Counted from the stretch's first letter, positions 33,586 to 45,961 are shown. The stretch is 45,961 bases of DNA from Octopus bimaculoides (GCF_001194135.2 NC_069001.1:14029956-14075916), one strand, 5' to 3'. The notes: a model not told the origin generated them from the letters alone. Made by a program: numbers and translations.

Positions 33586-36431
33586 TCACACATTAACTTG
33601 TGTAGTTGGCATTAGGAAGGGCATCCAGCTGTAGAAACTCTACCAGATCAGATTGGAGCCTGGTGCAGCCATCTGGTTCGCCAGTCCTCAGTCAAATCGT
33701 CCAACCCATACTAGCATGGAAAACAGACGTTAAACGATGATGATGAACAGCATTTCATCAGCCCTCTTGAATATTGCTTTCAGATCTTTCTGTAGTTTTA
33801 GGATATCATCAGGGCCCTTGACCATCTGTGATGCTTTTGTATCGTCAGCATAGCTGGTGAGAGTGGCTACTGTATGGCTGAGAGTATGCCTGAAATTTTT
33901 ATAAAGACTTCCTTATATAGGAGCATAAGTGGCTGTGTGGTAAGTAGCTTGCTTACCAACCACATGGTTCCGGGTTCAATCCCACTGCGTGGCACATTGG
34001 GCAAGTGTCTTCTACTATAGCCTCACACTGACCAAAGCCTTGTGAGTGGATTTGGTAGATGGAAACTAAAAGAAGCCCGTCGTATATATGTATATATATA
34101 TATATATATGTATGTGTTTGTCCCCTCCAACATCGCTTGACAACTGATGCTGGTGTGTTTACGTCCCCGTAACTTAGCGGTTCGGCAAAAGAGACCGATA
34201 AAACAAGTACTAGGCTTACAAAGAATAAGTCCTGGGGTCGATTTGCTCAACTAAAGGTTGAAGCAGATAAGTTGTACCAACAGAGAACGGATTTTCTTGA
34301 TGTAACAGAGTTACGTCCCTTGTAACAAAATCGATGAAAAATGATTTTAATTCAAAGGTTTTGTGTGTGTTTATATATGTATATATAAATATGTTAGGGT
34401 AAAGATATATGTATATGCGTGTGTGTATATTACTCTCTCTCTTTTACTTGTTTCAGTCATTTGACTGTGGCCTTGCTGGAGCACTGCCTTTAGTTGAGTA
34501 AATCGACCCCAGGACTTAAGCCAAGTACTTATTCTATCGGTCACTGTTGCCGAACCGCTAAGTTACGGAGACTTAAACACACAATATATATATATATATA
34601 TATATATACGACGGGCTTCTTTCAGTTTCCGTCTATCAAATCCACTCACAAGGCTTTGGTCGGCCCGAGGCTATAGTAGAAGGCTCTTGCCCAAGGTGCC
34701 ACACTGGGACTGAACCCGGAACCATGTGGTTGGTAAGCAAGCTACTTACCACACAGCCACTCATATATTTCTATGTTTATGTGTATATATACATATGTTT
34801 ATGTATACATTTACGGTATGTATGTAGAATCAATCCCTTGGAATACCAAGATCCTTCAGCCTTGGAATGTTCCCCTTCCTTCAACCTCACCCATCTCTGC
34901 AAAATATTCAGGAAATTCCTGAAATGGACCGCAACCCTTTCTCACAGCAGTTATTTATTCACCGAAAATCACAACTACGACATACCATAGAAAGAGAGTA
35001 AAAAGACAATAAATAGATTTAGGAAACCATTCGTTTAATTATTGCTTCAAATAGAGTTTGTAGAAAAATATATCTGACAATTCATTATAAGAACATGGTT
35101 TAAAATTCCTTTTTGATAAAAAAATATTGAAGGTTGCTTGTGAACCCACATCTGTAGACATGAGAGGCATTCTATCATTATAGAATGATAGAAATTTTAT
35201 ATATTGTATATATTATGTATATTGGTGACATCATAATTTATAAACTTTTGAGAGAATGTGAAATAATTCTTATTCTTGGAATAGTGAATCTTGAAGTACA
35301 ACAGCATCATCATCATCATCATCATAATTATTATTAATATTAAGGCAATGAGCTTGCAGAATTGTTAGCGCACTGGACGAAATGTTTGGCGGTATTTCAC
35401 GTGTCACCATGATCTGAGTTCAAATTTCACTGAGGTCAACTTTGCCTTTCATCCTTTTGGGATCAATAGATTAAATACCAGTGAAACACTGGGGACAATG
35501 TAATCGACTTGTCCCCTCCCCACGAATTTGTGGCCTTGTTTATGCTTCCAGTAGAAAAGATGATGATGATGATGATTATAAAAATTATTATTATTATTAA
35601 GGTAGTGAGCTGGCAGATTCATTAGCAAGTTGAATGAAACACTTAACCCTCCCCACTATAGTAGAAAGGATTATGATCATTATTATTATTATTTAACGTG
35701 TTTCCCATGCTGACATGGGTTAAAGGGTTTTGACTTTAGGTGGCAAGCAGGAGAGCTGCACCAGGTTCCGGTCTGATTTGGCCTGATTACTACAGCTGGA
35801 CGCCCTCCTAACACCAACCACTTTACAGAACATGTTAGGTGCTCATTATATGTCATTGGCACAGTAACTTTCATGTGGTGCCAGCTCAGGTGCTTTCATG
35901 TGGTGCCAACACAGGTGCTTTTTACATGGCACCAGCATGAATGCTTTTAATGTGGCACTGGCACAGGGCTCTTGCAGGCCAATCTTCTTCAGCAGAGGAA
36001 ACAGCATTAACACTTCTGCTGTGGAGGATGGGTCTTCTTGAGTACAGCAAGGCACCAGATATCTCACTCCTTTGTACATATAAATCTATATCAAATAGCA
36101 TGTAAATATTTGGTTGATAAAACCCTTTTGGATAGAAAACCTTAAAGGCTGCCCATGGAACTCGAACCCACATCTCCTGTAAACATGATAACCTTTGTTT
36201 TGTTTTCTATTCAAAGGGTTTTTAACCCAATATTTACACATTACTTATAGTTTTATTTGTTTCATGATTCACCATTAAAAGAATTCATTTCAAGTTCTTG
36301 AAGTTTCTAAATTCTTATGGCATCAACAACTTCTGACAATTCTTCAAATTCTTCATGCCACAACAACAGATTGGTGGACCACCATCCACATATCTGACTT
36401 GGTTTTCTCATACTTTTCAGAAAAATGCTTT

Positions 36432-36467
<36 letters not shown>

Positions 36468-37462
36468 TTTGCATGAAATGTTTTTTGTGGGGAGGGATAC
36501 AATTACCATTTTATATTGAAATGTACAGTGTGGTCCTTAGTGAGGTAGATCAATGTCAATGATATAACTGTAAAAACAGATCTGTAGGTCACTGTTCAGT
36601 CCTTCAGCCAATTATATATGTACCATAAGACTGCTCAATCAAAGTTGACCTCCAGGTATCTAACAACAACTACACACATTGTGGTTTTTGTTTTTTGTAA
36701 TAATGTAAACTAGAGGTAGTATGTTAAGTATGATCCTGCCTATTACGTACAATTCAACTTTTCTTCTAATAACCCCTGTACTTTGTCTTTACCATTAGTG
36801 CTTCTTACATAGACTTAACCATTTCTTCTCAATAACTCCAGAAAGTGTGAACTTCGATAAAATATCTACTCTTTCTCATACAACTAGCCATTTGCTCTGA
36901 TTAACCCGAGTTCTTAGTCCTTATGAATGCTGTATCTTAACCCTTTTGTTACCGTATTCCCATTGAAACACACTGCCTTTATTTCAATTAATTCTAAGAA
37001 TAATGAAGAATTTAATGAAATACCTTTGTGCTTACCAATCTGGTCTTTGAAACAAGTTAATGTGAAATTTTGGAGAAATGTTTTAAAATTAGAGCATTTA
37101 AAACAAGATGTTTTGTATCATAGAATCAGGGTTGGTTTTAGATGGATTGGTGTCAAAAGCTATTCATTCCTGTACACTTGGCCATTTCCTCTGAATAACC
37201 CCAGCAGTTGTTCCTTACCATTAATGCTGAAATACCTACTCATTCCCATACATCTCGCAATTTTCTCTGAGTAACCCCAGTACTTAGCCATTATCGTTCT
37301 TTTACACTGCCCTGTTATCCGATGAATTTACTATTCACCATATAGGGCTTAAGAGTACCTTTTACAGTTCATCATCCAGGCCTACTAATAATTTCTCTTA
37401 CTTATCAAGTGGATTCTTAGTTCGTTAGTAATCTCGTTGTTTTGTGTGCTTCCTCGTTAACT

Positions 37463-37818
37463 TTACTGGTTGTCCTGCTTATCAACATCATTTGTAACCT
37501 TATTGTTATCGTCTGAATACACTTTGGCCAAAATGACAGTCAGCTGGTTTTTAAGACCCTCAACTTCTCTGGATAAATCTGTTCCTAAGATCTGTTTCTT
37601 GACGTACATACTTAGTACTTGCTTGTTAAGTACTTCAGCAGTGGTGCTGTCGGATGGTACTGCATCGGGATTTGTTGCTGCACCATAAGGCCAGGCAAAC
37701 AGAAGCATTGTTACCATGTGTAAATTGTGTACAGCTTTGTATGGTTTCGAAGATTTAGAGTTTTCACATTTTTGCGCTGGTTGACAGATGCATGTTGGGG
37801 CCTTGTACTTCTTCTCAC
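37463..37818 (-). CDS. PCS: Phytochelatin synthase coding exon 4 (C-terminal; ends ...DVDKQDNQ*)
   Basis: Acceptor aatttcag| at 37819, phase 1 matches the preceding exon. Open to TAA at 37465-37463. Confidence 0.75.
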
Positions 37819-38416
37819 CTGAAATTATAGACACAATAGTAAACTTAATTAGCGACTAATTACTAAGATGCTCAATGTTATATGTATGTATATATAGGTT
37901 AACAAACAAATGAGTACTTGCGTGGATTCATCATCATCATCGTCGTCGTTTAACATCCGCTTTCCATGCTAGCATGGGTTGGACGATTTGACTGAGGACT
38001 GGTGAAACCAGATGGCTACACCAGACTCCAATCTAATTTGGCCGAGTTTCTATAGCTGGATGCCCTTCCTAATGCCAACCACTCAGAGAGTGTAGTGGGT
38101 GCTTTTTACGTGCCACCGGCACGAAAGCCAGTCAGGTGGTACTAGCAACGGCCACGCTCAAAATGGTGTATTTTATGTGCCACCCGCACAAGAGCCAGTC
38201 CAGGGGCACTGGCAACGATCTCGCTCCAAAGTCCTTACACATGCCGCGGGCACAAGTGCCATTCATTTGACTAAAAATTCTTCAAGGCAACTGGCGGTGC
38301 CGCAGCATGGCTGCAGTCTAATGACTGAGACAAGTAAAAGATAAAAGACACAAATGCAATGCACACATTCACACACACACATTCCTTCAGATGAGAGTTA
38401 AGTTGCTAATACTGAC

Positions 38417-38788
38417 CATGTTGTGAAACCAGCAAATAAAGGTCGGTCTTCTCAAGTTTCTCTAACAGCAATTCTTTGGTACATTGGAACTTCTCTTGCA
38501 GATCACAAGGACATTTCTTGTCAAGAACATGTGTGTCCAGGAGCCAGTTCTCTACCTTCAGATCATTCAGTAGCTTCATTATACAGCCAATCGCCTCCGT
38601 GATGGTCACAAGACAATCTGTGGCCTCGGATTGGTGCTCCAAGAAATCCCACCATTTTTGAACAAAAGTCATAATGTCTGCTGGCATTATGGAATGAATT
38701 ACCAGACTTAGTTGAGAAGACACACAGAATAAAACAGGGTGCTCACAGCCTGTATTCTTGCTCAGCAGTACATAACCTCGGAGAGTTC
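38417..38788 (-). CDS. PCS: Phytochelatin synthase coding exon 3 (G-TLRGYVLLSK...VSQH-G)
   Basis: Acceptor tttgcag|, donor G|GTCAGT, 372 nt, phase 1/1. RGYVLLSK matches the PCS RGFMLIS/RGY motif ending the catalytic domain. Confidence 0.88.
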
Positions 38789-39998
38789 CTGCAAAAAAAT
38801 AATGAAAAGTTACATTTTCGTAAATTGCAAAGAATAGTCAAAAACTGCCAAGACTCGACTGTGATCAATATTGGTTGACTATATCTCTTTTACTTGTTTC
38901 AGTCATTTGACTGAGGCCATGCTGGAGCACCACCTTTAGTCGAGCAAATCAACCCCAGGACTTATTCTTTGTAAGCCTAGTACTTATTCTATTGGTCTCT
39001 TTTTGCCGAACCGCTAAGTTACGGGGATGTAAACACACCAGCCTCGGTTCTCAAGCGAAGTTGGGTGGACAAACACACAAACATATACACACATACATAT
39101 ATATGACGAGCTTCTTTCAGTTTCCATCTACCATATCCACTCACAAGGCTTTGGTCAGCCTGAGGCTATAGTAGAAGACACTTGCCCAAGGTGCCACGAA
39201 GTGGGACTGAACCCAGAACCATGTGGTTGGTAAGCAAGCTACTTACCAACAGCCACTCCATTTTAGATTATTCATCACCAAAATCTCCAGGTATTCAGGA
39301 ATAATTATACAGGAAATAGGACAGAATATGACTTAAATGCTCCCACTTTACACCAGGCATGTCCTTGCTGACATACTTATGTGACTTTAGATATGTGTCT
39401 ACACACACACACACACACACACTCACAAATGCGAAACAAGGTGATTAAAATATTTGAATACTGAAGATAGAGTAATATGCTTTTTATTAATGTCGAAAAA
39501 AATTCTTCAGAAACTGTTACTCTGAGTTTCATGTGACCGCTTATATATAGTATGATCACAACTGTCTGATGAAGTGGTAAAGTGAAACTGAGTATTTGTT
39601 TGTGAAGATTTTTTTCAGCTTTAATAAACAGTTTGACAAAGTATTTGGAGGAAGCAAATAAGAACTGTCTTGAGTTCTAGAACTCATAAAGTTGGTTACT
39701 TGGTTTCCATGGGGCACAAGAAAGCAAGAGCAGAATATTGCCCTCTAAATAGGATGCAAGTCAATTTACGGGGTTACTCATTTTATAGTAGAGTGGACTG
39801 GAACAATTTGAAATGAAGTATTTTGCACCACCCAGTCTGGGAATTGAAACTATAATCTTTCACTCATGAGTACAACACCCTGACCATGAGACCATGCACC
39901 TTCACATGTAGTTGGGTGAAGGAGGAAAAAAAAAAGATGGGATATTCAAAGCTGGAATGTCTTTGGTCATATTTACCAATGCAAAGTCTACTACTAAC

Positions 39999-40221
39999 CT
40001 GTAGCTTTGTCCTGTGTGTTCATAGCAGTGAGTAAAGAGGGTAGATGTATCCAGTGGGGTGGATATTTGAACCGGGCTGTGTCCATGATGAGGACCATGT
40101 CGCGCCCAGGGTGATACCCTGCAATTGGTGAAAAATGTCCGTCTCCAGTTTGTTTGAGAACTTTACGGGAATATGTGGCCACAATGAATGCATTGTCTCG
40201 TTTTGTGTAAGATTTCACAAC
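39999..40221 (-). CDS. PCS: Phytochelatin synthase coding exon 2 (VVKSYTKRDNAFIVATYSRKVLKQTGDGHFSPIAGYHPGRDMVLIMDTARFKYPPHW...)
   Basis: Contains catalytic His161 and Asp179 in the GHFSP and DxARFKYPPHW motifs. 223 nt, phase 0/1, donor G|GTTAGT. Confidence 0.95.
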
Positions 40222-41015
40222 CTTTTGTTTTGTTGGAAAATAGAAAATAAAACATAGTGAAAATAATTTCTGCTTTGAAAGAATTAAAACATTAAAAATT
40301 AATTTATGTTGGCTGAAATAGCCATCTGTGTAACATACGTAATACTTATACATGGTTGATAAACCAGTTATTGTTGCATTTGTCCAAAGATAACATCTCT
40401 TATAGACTTGCTGTGTTAAAAATTCAATAGATATCAGATTGAAATGAAAATTTGTTCCAGCAGTGGTCAGTGAGAACACCACTTGCAGTTTGGCCTTTAA
40501 GAGCCTTTTCAGTAGTCCATTCTTACATCCAGCCACATCCTTGGATGAAAATTTGTTGTCTCTGATATAGGAAAAAATGGATATGTAGTGAATCTTGCAA
40601 GCGTGAAGTGGATTCGATCCACCATAGCCAAATTTAAATTAACACTTCAACAGAACTTTTCTCACGGTGGAACAATGGTTTTTCTCTGACAGCAGTTTTA
40701 CATTTGCCAGACTGCCTTTAGCTAGGCCGAAATAATGTCTTCACCACCTGACCCTTTTGAAGCATAATATAATAGGTTTCAAATTTTGGCTCAAGGCCAG
40801 CAATTTCAAGGGAGTGAGTCAATTACATCAACTCTGGTGTTCAACTGGAACTTATTTTATCAACACTGAAAGGATGAAAGGCAAAGTCAACATCAGTGGA
40901 ATTTGAACTCAGAATATAAAGTAAGAAGAGATGTTCCTAAGCATTTTTTCTGGCATGTTAACCATTCTGCCAGTACACCACCCTCTGAAGCACCAAATAA
41001 TTAAAAGATATTTAC

Positions 41016-41411
41016 ATTTCGGAAAGTTTCTTCGTCTTTTGGTTCTGGACGTACAACTGTTGTGACAAGACAATTACACTGAGCAATACAAGTGAACTGC
41101 TCCAGACTGATCCCTTTTACCTTGACCACCTCCAATGGAACACAGCATTCCAACATGTTTTCATGGTACCATCTCCATGGACCTTTCCATGCAATACCTG
41201 GATCAATCTCCAGGGCGTTGAGTATCATGACCAATGTAGAGAGACCACAGTAGGCTGGTTCGTCCTGTGTACGGAACTGAGCTGCCAGTTTGAAGTAGCA
41301 GTTCATGTATCCAGACATCAAGGCTTCGGTGAAGATGGTTTTGCCTTCTTCGGAAGAGAAGGAAATGCAGCTTTCAGGTAGAACCCGTTGGAAGAATTGA
41401 CCCGTGTTCAT
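41016..41411 (-). CDS. PCS: Phytochelatin synthase (glutathione gamma-glutamylcysteinyltransferase) coding exon 1
   Basis: [44 protein letters not shown], catalytic Cys55. ATG in ACCATG context after an in-frame TGA. Exon acceptor at 41467, donor AAT|GTAAAT. Confidence 0.97.
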
Positions 41412-42513
41412 GGTGAAGTTATTTAGCAGTTCTGTGACTGTGGGAGTCTCCTGTCACCAATGGATTCTGTAAAATACAGAAAAATAAAGTTAACAAAAAA
41501 AAAACAGACATAAATATATAAATAAATTGAAAGGTGAAAATATATTTAGCAGTAGTAGCTACAACAAAGTAAAGATATAGTTGGAATTTACAAAAAACAA
41601 AACAACAGACGAGGACAGGTGGTGTAAACAACAAACAGATGTATTAGTTTAATGCTCAGGAAGTGAGAATGTCTCTCAGTTTATGAACACCTCTGATCAC
41701 GAATAAATCGTGCTGTATGTATGTATCTATCTATCTATCTATATATATATATATATATNNNNNNNNNNNNNNNNNNNNNNNNNNNNNNNNNNNNNNNNNN
41801 NNNNNNNNNNNNNNNNNNNNNNNNNNNNNNNNNNNNNNNNNNNNNNNNNNNNNNNNNNNNNNNNNNNNNNNNNNNNNNNNNNNNNNNNNNNNNNNNNNNN
41901 NNNNNNNNNNNNNNNNNNNNNNNNNNNNNNNNNNNNNNNNNNNNNNNNNNNNNNNNNNNNNNNNNNNNNNNNNNNNNNNNNNNNNNNNNNNNNNNNNNNN
42001 NNNNNNNNNNNNNNNNNNNNNNNNNNNNNNNNNNNNNNNNNNNNNNNNNNNNNNNNNNNNNNNNNNNNNNNNNNNNNNNNNNNNNNNNNNNNNNNNNNNN
42101 NNNNNNNNNNNNNNNNNNNNNNNNNNNNNNNNNNNNNNNNNNNNNNNNNNNNNNNNNNNNNNNNNNNNNNNNNNNNNNNNNNNNNNNNNNNNNNNNNNNN
42201 NNNNNNNNNNNNNNNNNNNNNNNNNNNNNNNNNNNNNNNNNNNNNNNNNNNNNNNNNNNNNNNNNNNNNNNNNNNNNNNNNNNNNNNNNNNNNNNNNNNN
42301 NNNNNNNNNNNNNNNNNNNNNNNNNNNNNNNNNNNNNNNNNNNNNNNNNNNNNNNNNNNNNNNNNNNNNNNNNNNNNNNNNNNNNNNNNNNNNNNNNNNN
42401 NNNNNNNNNNNNNNNNNNNNNNNNNNNNNNNNNNNNNNNNNNNNNNNNNNNNNNNNNNNNNNNNNNNNNNNNNNNNNNNNNNNNNNNNNNNNNNNNNNNN
42501 NNNNNNNNNNNNN

Positions 42514-42890
42514 TACTCCCATCAATGTAAAAGTCTTTTGGTTTCAAAGCGAAGAACTCTGAAATATCAGTTTCGACCTTCTCCTGGCTTGAGAAAGTTA
42601 TGTCCCTCAAATGATTCTGTAAATTATGAAACAAATGGTAGTCCGAAGGAGCAAGGTCGGGAGAATAAGGTGGATGAGGAATTTTTTCCCAACCAGGCTC
42701 TTCCATCTTCTGTGATGTGATCTTTGCAGTGTGGGGTCGCGCATTGTCCTGATGAAACATCACTCCTTTTTGATTCACTAAAGCGGATCTTTTTTTTTTT
42801 TCAAAGCTTGGTTCAAATGCTCTAATTGCTGACAGTAGACTTGAGCATTGATTGTTGCATTAGGTGGTAACAATTCAAAGTGAATTACTT
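42514..42890 (-). mobile_element. Mariner transposase fragment, same family as 22067-23631
   Basis: VIHFELLPPNATINAQVYCQQL...KGVMFHQDNARPHTAKITSQKMEE..WEKIPHPPYSPDLAPSDYHLF; truncated by the gap. Confidence 0.9.
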
Positions 42891-43185
42891 CTTACCATAC
42901 AGCCACAAGAAAATGCTTTGAGATGTTTATCATGGACAAAAGGAAAATGTAAATAGTTCCCATGATAAAAATATGAAAGTATTTTCTTTTTGATTCATGT
43001 GAAGCCTCTTAACTGTTTTTTTAAATACATACATACACACACCCCCACATACATATAATTAGATTGTAAGACACCAAAGAAAGACTAATACTATATAGCA
43101 AAACTTTTGGCCTCCTTGACATGTTTCCATTGTTATCTTATAATATCTTCAGTCAGCAAGTGACATACTTAGAGGTCACACTCAC

Positions 43186-43191
43186 CTGTCT
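43186..43191 (-). other. Candidate 6-nt microexon (AGACAG) or recursive splice site in the PCS 5'UTR
   Basis: Minus strand reads caCTAAC (branch point), a pyrimidine tract, CAG|AGACAG|GTGAGT. Confidence 0.45.
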
Positions 43192-43402
43192 CTGAGTTGA
43201 ACAAGAGGTGTGGAGAGTAGAGGTAACACAGTTAGTGATGGTTGATGTAGCAGGGTATTGTTAATGAATGTAACACCTACCTCTCCATCTGTTAATAGAT
43301 ATGTTGGTAAGTAGTAGATAGATAGATAGACAGATAGAGAGAAAGATAGACAGACAGATAGAAAAATAAATAGATAGATAGATTGATCGATAGAAAGATA
43401 GA

Positions 43403-43470
43403 TCTTTCAGTACCTGATCCAGCAACTTGATACCTCTGTAATTATTCGTATCTAATGCATCACCTTTGCA
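43403..43470 (-). mobile_element. Short RTE LINE ORF2 fragment
   Basis: KGDALDTNNYRGIKLLDQVLK, the KGD..NYRGIxLL motif preceding the RT domain. Confidence 0.7.
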
Positions 43471-44383
43471 CACGCACACACACACATATATATAATAAGA
43501 TGAGAAAATAGAGATGTAATTAATAAATTATTTATTAATTAAAAAATTGACAAACATCCTTTACAACTGTTTTAATTCCGACTCTCAGAAAATTAAAGAA
43601 ATTAAAAATTATTCAACGAAGAGATTCAACTTTCAAATAATTTTTAATTTAATTAATTAATTTTCTGAAAGGTCTGGAATTGAAACAGCTGTAAGAGATG
43701 TCTGTCGATTTTTTAATTGATAAATAATAATTTATTAATTACCTCTCTATTTTCTCATCTTATTATTATAATAAATAAATATATATAAACTGCAGTTTAT
43801 ATAGTTACCTTGCAGTTGAGTATTAAATTTAATGTTTAATTTTCTTTGTTTTGGTAATGGATGAAGTTTGTGACCTTTAATTGTGCTTCTGTAATATATA
43901 TATAAATATGTGTGTGTATGTGTTTTTCCCCACCACACTTGACAACCTAGCAGTTCGACAAAAAGAAACCGATAGAATAAGTACTAGGCTTTACCAAATA
44001 ATAATAATGATAAGTGCTGGGGTCAATTCGTTCTACTAAAATTCTTCAAGGCAGTGCCCCAGCATGGCCGCAGTCTAATGATTGAAAGAAAAAAATTATT
44101 AAGAATATGTAGTTGAATGACAGCAATTTTTCCTCGTTTAAATATTTTTGTGTTTATAGGCTAAAAATATGTATTCTAGCTATTTATAGGCTTGGCTTCA
44201 TTTATTGAATAAAAAAGTTAAATGCTTGACGAATTTTTGTTATTTAAATTATATTTGTAGATTAAGATAAGTTTAAAATGTGTTGAATTACAATTTTGCT
44301 TTTACTTCACGTACAAAGTCCTAAAGTCTTGATTTTAATGGGAAAGTGCAACGCGAGTGCAAAGAAAAAACACAAACCTCTAC

Positions 44384-44413
44384 CTGTCTGCTTGAAATAG
44401 CAGCCAGATATCA
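44384..44413 (-). other. Candidate 30-nt non-coding 5'UTR exon of PCS
   Basis: Long polypyrimidine tract, atttcag|TGATATCTGGCTGCTATTTCAAGCAGACAG|gtagag. Confidence 0.5.
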
Positions 44414-45575
44414 CTGAAATCACATATAAGAGTTTTCAGAAAACAAAGATAAGGAGGGAAAAGAAAAGAAAAAGGAAAACAACAAATAAATGGAATGGTC
44501 ACGTTTTGATCTACTCGTTCAGAATCAATGTGGTGAGTAGAAGGCAAATATATGTGTGCGCGCGCATTGTCCACCTACTACCGCTTGACAACCGGTGTTG
44601 GTTTGTTTACGCCCTCGTAAGTTAGCGGTTCAGATTTTTAAAAAAATTAAGAAAAAAGAATACATGTCTTTGTATGTGTTTTTCCAACCACCACACTTGA
44701 CTTAGCAGTTCGTCAATAGAAACTGATAGAATAAGTATTAGGCTTTACCAAAAAAAAAAAAAAAGTACTAGAGTCAATTCGTTCGACTAAACCCTTCAAG
44801 GTGGTGCCCCAGCATGNNNNNNNNNNTCAGTTTCCGTCTACCAAGTCCACTCACAAGGTTTTGGTCGGCCCGAGGCTATAGTAGAAGACACTTGCCCAAG
44901 GTGCTACGCAGTGGGATTGAACCCAGAACCATTTGGTTGGGAAGCAAGCTAATTACCACACAGCCACTCCTACGCCTATTTGTAGAAAATTTCATTCAAA
45001 AATATCCATTTTCTTGAAAGTTACAAAAAGACAAATTTGGGTTGGTAGGAGATGGGGCACACATGCGTAGGGATGCTTAAAGGCTGGGTTAAATAGTAGT
45101 GTATTTGATTAGCCCCAAAGACAGAGCTGGGTGGGGCACACTATGAGAGACGGGTAGACTGAGCTGTCGGTCAATCGGGTGCAGCCCGAGGGTCCGGAGA
45201 TCTGAGGGGCCCGCACTCTACATATTAACTCTCTTTGATATCAATACTAAGGGGTCCGGTGAACAGTCCGCCCCCTGATGAGAGGAATCGGCCGTACCGA
45301 TTTCTTTAGTTGTTGTCTATACTATAACCCTTTCCGATCCGACCACCGTGTCACGCTTCGTCTCCATACAGATAAATAAACGGTGGATCGTCGGAGAACA
45401 GCATGGTCCACGTCTAGGCGAAAGTACTTCACAGCTGGGAACTCGCACTTGCCGCTTGATTACGCCGAACAGAGAAATACACAATATTAACAACAAGACG
45501 ACTACAACGATTATAATAACGAAACCATACCTAGGCAAAATAAACTCTCCCCCGATTTCTGAATCATATACATAC

Positions 45576-45860
45576 CTGCTGGTGTATATGGAGAGTTATT
45601 TGGGGCTGATCGTATCGAAGTTGGAATTAACACTTATTTACTTTCTTCGAGAACAACGATATGACATCACATCCGGGTTTTTTTAAAATTCTATATTTTT
45701 TTTTCTCTTTCAGTTAAGCTTCAGCCATGACGTCATACGAACTCTCAACGAACAACACTTGCATGGTTTATCTTTTATCAAACTAACCCGACCACACACA
45801 CACACACACACACACACACCACACACACACACAGATATATAAATATATTTGTGCGCATGT
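45576..45860 (-). promoter_or_regulatory. CpG-rich putative PCS promoter and first exon: donor CAG|GTATGT at 45576/45575, CRE ATGACGTCAT (45727-45736), CRE-like TGACATCA (45662-45669), MRE core TGCGCAC (45851-45857, -)
   Basis: Motifs read directly; CpG density visibly higher than in the PCS gene body. TSS not determinable from sequence. Confidence 0.5.
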
Positions 45861-45961
45861 GTTATGTATGTAAAAGCATAAATCAGAGGCATGAGAAGTG
45901 AATACAAGTTTATTTAACCACGTGACTTCTACAGGACCACACACACATATACATACATACA

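Noticed and set aside
34820-36420. Unique-looking stretches (34820-34990, 36300-36420) with short open frames
   Set aside because: No motif recognised and no consistent splice sites; probably old repeats or distal 3'UTR.
40222-40536. 5' part of ORF 39994-40536 (MAGCKNG...)
   Set aside because: Intronic read-through; the true exon starts at acceptor aaaag|40221, in phase with exon 1.
45317-45686. ORFs 45317-45538(-) and 45348-45686(+)
   Set aside because: No homology recognised; overlap the CpG-rich promoter/first-intron region.

Overview
Eukaryotic, AT-rich, microsatellite- and SINE-dense genomic DNA with scaffold gaps. The repeat families (tRNA-derived SINEs, RTE LINE 3' ends with (GAT)n tails, mariners) point to an octopus/coleoid cephalopod; this assignment is inferred. 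Three protein-coding genes are supported. (1) An intronless 306-aa ORF (675-1595, +) with a TATA box, a strong Kozak context and an H-G-T motif suggestive of an ADP-ribosyltransferase (ART)-like fold, preceded by tandem IRF/ISRE-like sites. (2) PCNP (+), four coding exons at 19843-27986, 157 aa. (3) A phytochelatin synthase (-), four coding exons at 41411-37463, 448 aa, with an intact Cys-His-Asp triad, candidate 5'UTR exons (including a possible 6-nt microexon or recursive splice site) and a CRE/MRE-containing CpG-rich promoter near 45.6-45.9 kb. PCNP and PCS are convergent. The rest is transposon debris (Tc1/mariner, hAT and piggyBac-like MITEs, RTE and R4-like LINE fragments, SINEs), hairpins and simple repeats. 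Most ORF-track entries are microsatellite or N-gap artefacts. No database searches were run; family assignments come from motif recognition.
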